This document shows positions 37,632 to 40,722 of a DNA stretch of 40,722 nucleotides, piece after piece. The translations under genes and the position numbers were made by a program. The number at the start of each line of letters is the position of its first letter. Position 1 is the stretch's first letter. The notes beneath the pieces were generated by a model. The model was not told the origin of the DNA and did not search any database. It worked only from the letters and a program-made list of their open reading frames with translations. The stretch comes from a virus: positions 1 through 40,722 of the IMG/VR virus record IMGVR_UViG_3300032355_000002; one strand, written 5' to 3'.

Positions 37632-37810
37632 ACAAGTTGGTTTTATCTAGGCATCGGGAGGCGATGCAGCGACTTCGCGTTCTCAACGCGCGACTAGAGG
37701 TAGAGGGGCCTCATCGTTTTCTGTGCGAAGAGATAGAGCAAGCCCGACTAGACTGTGACGAAGCCTTTGCAGCATTCATTGAATGCGTGTGCGAATGGCT
37801 GATCTCGTGA
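37628..37810 (+). CDS. Hypothetical protein, 60 aa, AT-richer insert between terL and portal
   Basis: Seen: the GTG overlaps the terL TGA. Its N-terminus (LVLSRHREAMQRL) resembles the portal N-terminus (LVKLHREAMERF). Confidence 0.45.
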   Translation: MNKLVLSRHREAMQRLRVLNARLEVEGPHRFLCEEIEQARLDCDEAFAAFIECVCEWLIS

Positions 37811-39972
37811 AGCTGCACCGCGAAGCCATGGAGCGCTTCGACGCCATCTGGGCCGTCGATGCACCCGAGCGTGCCCGTGCCTTGTTCGACCGGCGCTTCG
37901 CCACAATCCGCGGTGCACAGTGGGAAGGGCAGGGGGCGCCCGACGACGATGCGGAGGATGGAGCCGGCAGCGCGCGCATGGAGGTCCCGCGGTTCCTCAG
38001 GCCGCTACGCCGCGTGATCGGCGAGTACCGCGGTAGCAGGGTGACCGTGGACTTCCGGTCCACCAACGACGACGGCCGTGAGGCGAGCGACGACCTTGAC
38101 GGTATGTACCGCGCGGACGAGGCGGACAGCCTTGGCGGTGGGCAGCTCGCGTACGACAACGCGTTCCAAGAAGGCATCAAGGGCGGCATGGGCGGGTGGC
38201 GCTACCGCTCGCGCTACGAGGACGACGAGGACGCGGACAATGAGCGCCAGCGCGTCGTCATCGAACCCATCTACGACGCCGACGCTTCGCTGTTCTTCGA
38301 CCCGGCGGCCAAGGCACCCGACAAGTCGGATGCGCGCTACGCCTTCCTGACCTTCACCGTACCCCGCGCGCAGTTCGAGTCCGACTATCCCGAAGCGGAT
38401 GCGGCGACGTTCGGCGATAAGCTGCCGTGGCAGTTCGACTGGGTGCGGCCGGACGATGTGACGCTCGCCGAGTACTACGTCATTGAGGACCGCTCGCGGG
38501 ACCGGGTGACGCTCACGCTCAAGGCGCTGGACGGCATCGAGGCGGACAATCTGCCCGAGCCTCGCCGATATTGGCAGTCCGAATTGGACGAGGAAGAGGA
38601 CGGCAAGTCGCTGCTGTCCCGCCTGCGCGATGAGGGCTGGAAGATCACTGCTCGGCGCAAGGTCAAGCGTCAGCGCGTGCGTAAGTACCTCCTGTCCGGC
38701 GCGGAAGTGCTTGAGGATAGCGGGGAAATACCAGGGGACTGCATTCCGCTGGTGCCCTACTACGCCGAGCGGTCGTACATCGACGGCGTGGAGCGCATCA
38801 GCGGTATGGTGCGCCCGGTGATCGACGCCGTGCGGATACACAACCTCGTCGTGTCGAAGCTGGCCGATGCGGCGAACGGCCCCGCCAGGCGTATCCCGGT
38901 GTTCGCGCCGGAGCAGATGGATGCGCGTATCGCGCAGGACTGGGCGGCCTATACACGCGACAATCCCGCTTTTCTGTTCGCCAAGCCTATCCGGAACGAA
39001 CAGGATGGGTCCGTCATCCTCGGGCCGCAGCCGGGCACGTGGATCGAGCCTGAGCAGGTGGCGCCGACCGTAGGCGCGCTGTTCGCCGCCATGGGGCAGA
39101 CGGTTGATGACCTGATGGGTGTTAACGCGGCGGCAGAGTCTGTCCCCGCGAATACGTCGGCGGCTGCCATCCAGCTAGTGCACGACCGCGGCGACGTGAA
39201 CGACTTCCTATGGTCGGATAATTTCGGCATCGCCATGCAGCGGGGCGGTCGCATTTGGCTCGGCATGGCGCGCGAGCTGTACGGCGAGGCCGGGCGGCGG
39301 ATGCCGGTGGTGGACAAGGCGGGCAAGCGATCCACTACGACACTGGCGCAGGCGCGATCCGACAAGGGCGGTGAGTACCGCATTAATGACCTGTCCGCCG
39401 GCCGGTGGGACGTGGTGGCCGATGTTGGTCCGGCAACGCGCACTCGACGGGACGCGGTGGTCAAGGCACAGATTGCGATGGCGCAGGCGTGCCAAGCGTC
39501 GGGCGACGCGGAGGGTGCCTTGGCGTGTCTCGGCATCGCCATGCTCAACACCGAGGGCGAGGGACTAGAGGCCGCGCAGGCGTGGTGGCACAAGCGGGGG
39601 GTCGCGGCTGGTTGGGCCGAGCCGACCGAGGAAGAAAAGGCGGAGCAGGCCAACGCCGAACCCCAGCCTGACCCGAACATGGTGCTAGCGCAGGCGCAGG
39701 TGATTGCGGCGCAGGCGGAGGTGACCAAGGCTGAGACGGGCCGCATTGAAGCGGAGACGCGCAAGATCACGGCGCAGGCGACGGCACAGAAGGCATTGGC
39801 TGATGCGGCTGCCGCGCTGGCTGGAATTGATCGCGCTGATCGAGCGCAAATCCTCGCTGAGGTGCGAGCCGAAACGGATAGCGACCGGGCCGACGAGGAT
39901 CAGGCGCTCGATATGGCGCGCGCCACGATGGACATTGAACGGCACGAGGGAGGTGGCGTTGAGCGTATCTGA
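37795..39972 (+). CDS. Portal protein, P22 gp1-like, 725 aa
   Basis: Recall: MADLVKLHREAMERFDAIW vs P22 MADNENRLESILSRFDADW, and DKSDARYAFLTFTV vs DKSDARHCTVIHSM. The long C-terminal Ala/Gln coiled-coil barrel is as in P22. The length from ATG 37795 equals the P22 portal length (725 aa). The track start is 37783. Confidence 0.9.
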   Translation: MADLVKLHREAMERFDAIWAVDAPERARALFDRRFATIRGAQWEGQGAPDDDAEDGAGSARMEVPRFLRPLRRVIGEYRGSRVTVDFRSTNDDGREASDDLDGMYRADEADSLGGGQLAYDNAFQEGIKGGMGGWRYRSRYEDDEDADNERQRVVIEPIYDADASLFFDPAAKAPDKSDARYAFLTFTVPRAQFESDYPEADAATFGDKLPWQFDWVRPDDVTLAEYYVIEDRSRDRVTLTLKALDGIEADNLPEPRRYWQSELDEEEDGKSLLSRLRDEGWKITARRKVKRQRVRKYLLSGAEVLEDSGEIPGDCIPLVPYYAERSYIDGVERISGMVRPVIDAVRIHNLVVSKLADAANGPARRIPVFAPEQMDARIAQDWAAYTRDNPAFLFAKPIRNEQDGSVILGPQPGTWIEPEQVAPTVGALFAAMGQTVDDLMGVNAAAESVPANTSAAAIQLVHDRGDVNDFLWSDNFGIAMQRGGRIWLGMARELYGEAGRRMPVVDKAGKRSTTTLAQARSDKGGEYRINDLSAGRWDVVADVGPATRTRRDAVVKAQIAMAQACQASGDAEGALACLGIAMLNTEGEGLEAAQAWWHKRGVAAGWAEPTEEEKAEQANAEPQPDPNMVLAQAQVIAAQAEVTKAETGRIEAETRKITAQATAQKALADAAAALAGIDRADRAQILAEVRAETDSDRADEDQALDMARATMDIERHEGGGVERI

Positions 39973-40216
39973 TTTGGCGGCACGCCGATGGTCCGAGCGC
40001 GAGAGTCCGAATGACCACCAACCAGTTGCGGCGTTGCAAGCTGTGCTTCGAGACATTGAGGCCGGTAAGTTATCGCCGCGTCACATCGTCATCGTAGCGG
40101 AGTATGAGGAAGATGGCGGTTCTCGCACCGTCTACTTCCAGGCGGGCCGCGAAACTGTCTGCGGTCAGATGGGACTACTGACCCGCGCGGTGCAGATGAT
40201 GGGGGAGTGCGAATAA
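39959..40216 (+). CDS. Hypothetical protein, 85 aa, between portal and scaffold
   Basis: Seen: TTG 39959 with GGAGG 5 nt upstream (or GTG 39953). The long track ORF from 39746 is an in-portal extension. Its TAA overlaps the scaffold ATG. Confidence 0.5.
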   Translation: MSVSDLAARRWSERESPNDHQPVAALQAVLRDIEAGKLSPRHIVIVAEYEEDGGSRTVYFQAGRETVCGQMGLLTRAVQMMGECE

Positions 40217-40722
40217 TGGCGACCCAGCTTGAGGCTCCGGCCGATGACGAACTGCTGAACGGGCAGGATGAAGGCGATGAGCAAGACCTGAACGTCAATG
40301 ACGATGCGGTCGCTAGCGAGGCAGGTGAAAGCGACGGTGAGCCCACCGAGCAGGACACGATCGGCTGGGGCGACGAGGCTGTCACCGGTGTGGACGAGCC
40401 CGAGGCCGTCCGCAACCTGCGTGAGTCCATCAAGGTGCACAAGCGCGAGAAGGCCGCGCTGGAGGCCGAGAACAAGCGCCTGCGCGGTGAGGAAGCGCAA
40501 GAGCAGGCGGAACCCGATCCGGAGGATTACTGGGACAATCCCGAGGGCTTCAAAACTGCCATGCGCGCCCACGTCGAGCGGGAGCGGCAGCGCGACGAAC
40601 AGCAGCAGGCGCAGCAGCGCCAGGCCGAGCGGCAGCAGCGGCGCTGGGAAGAGCAGCGCGGCGCCATGGATCGCGGGTACGAAGCTCTGACTTTCACTGG
40701 CAAGGACGCGGCGCGCACGACG
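40216..40722 (+). CDS. Scaffolding protein, N-terminal part (runs off the window end and continues at 128..454 after circular closure)
   Basis: Seen: ATG with GGGGGAG 8 nt upstream and no stop before the window end. It spans 169 complete codons and is in phase with 2..454. The N-terminus is acidic and is followed by a coiled-coil-like region. Confidence 0.7.
   Translation, partial: MATQLEAPADDELLNGQDEGDEQDLNVNDDAVASEAGESDGEPTEQDTIGWGDEAVTGVDEPEAVRNLRESIKVHKREKAALEAENKRLRGEEAQEQAEPDPEDYWDNPEGFKTAMRAHVERERQRDEQQQAQQRQAERQQRRWEEQRGAMDRGYEALTFTGKDAARTT
40596..40722. repeat. Second copy of the 127-nt terminal overlap (identical to 1-127)
   Basis: Seen: base-for-base identity with 1-127. Base 40595 has no counterpart before position 1. 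Confidence 0.9.

Noticed and set aside
1-40722. CRISPR arrays, rRNA genes, IS/transposase genes, toxin-antitoxin pairs and large known defence genes (RT, Sir2, TIR, cyclase, helicase-nuclease)
   Set aside because: There are no spaced direct-repeat arrays. No ORF over 350 aa exists outside the structural and terminase genes. No recognisable catalytic motifs of these families appear in any ORF I read.

Overview
The window is a complete, circularly closed genome of about 40.6 kb. Bases 1-127 are an exact copy of 40596-40722, and one gene reads through that junction. It is a high-GC temperate phage or excised prophage that combines a lambdoid regulatory layout with P22-like podovirus morphogenesis genes.

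Plus-strand arm (31990 to the window end, wrapping to 1-18095):
- a cro-like gene and small early genes;
- a DnaA-domain-IV HTH fused in frame to RusA;
- a replication-organizer gene that contains iteron-like repeats and an AT-rich purine tract (candidate ori);
- putative small terminase and large terminase;
- P22-like portal, scaffold (spans the junction) and coat;
- an unusual 7-gene insert with a fibre-like and a LamG-lectin-like gene;
- gp4-, gp10- and gp26-like tail proteins, a GNAT-fold protein, and ejection proteins including one of 1042 aa;
- a pectate-lyase-type tailspike, a lysis cassette with a GH19 endolysin, and a small peptide plus OmpR-type winged-helix pair.

Minus-strand arm (30752 down to 18099), a very tightly packed early-left operon:
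- a Gp157 / Rad52-like / Ref-like / NinB recombination module;
- Ead/Ea22-like and DUF551-like proteins;
- three HNH endonuclease paralogues;
- a Lar-like protein next to a very acidic protein;
- an oppositely oriented RHH regulator with CATATG-core repeats;
- a macro-like protein, xis, a tyrosine integrase and a repeat-rich putative attP;
- a 5-gene accessory cassette that starts with a DUF2493/SLOG protein.

Immunity region (30788-31990): an S24/LexA-type CI repressor, a co-oriented AT-richer lipoprotein gene, and 16-bp TAGGC-N6-GCCTA operators at both divergent promoters.

I found no tRNA, rRNA, CRISPR array or transposase. I also recognised no DNA methylase, replicative helicase or loader, or N/Q-type antiterminator. 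No single large, obviously novel multi-gene system stands out. The most unusual items are listed as separate findings.

All homology statements are from my memory of family motifs, not from searches. Start codons are hand-picked and less certain than stop codons.
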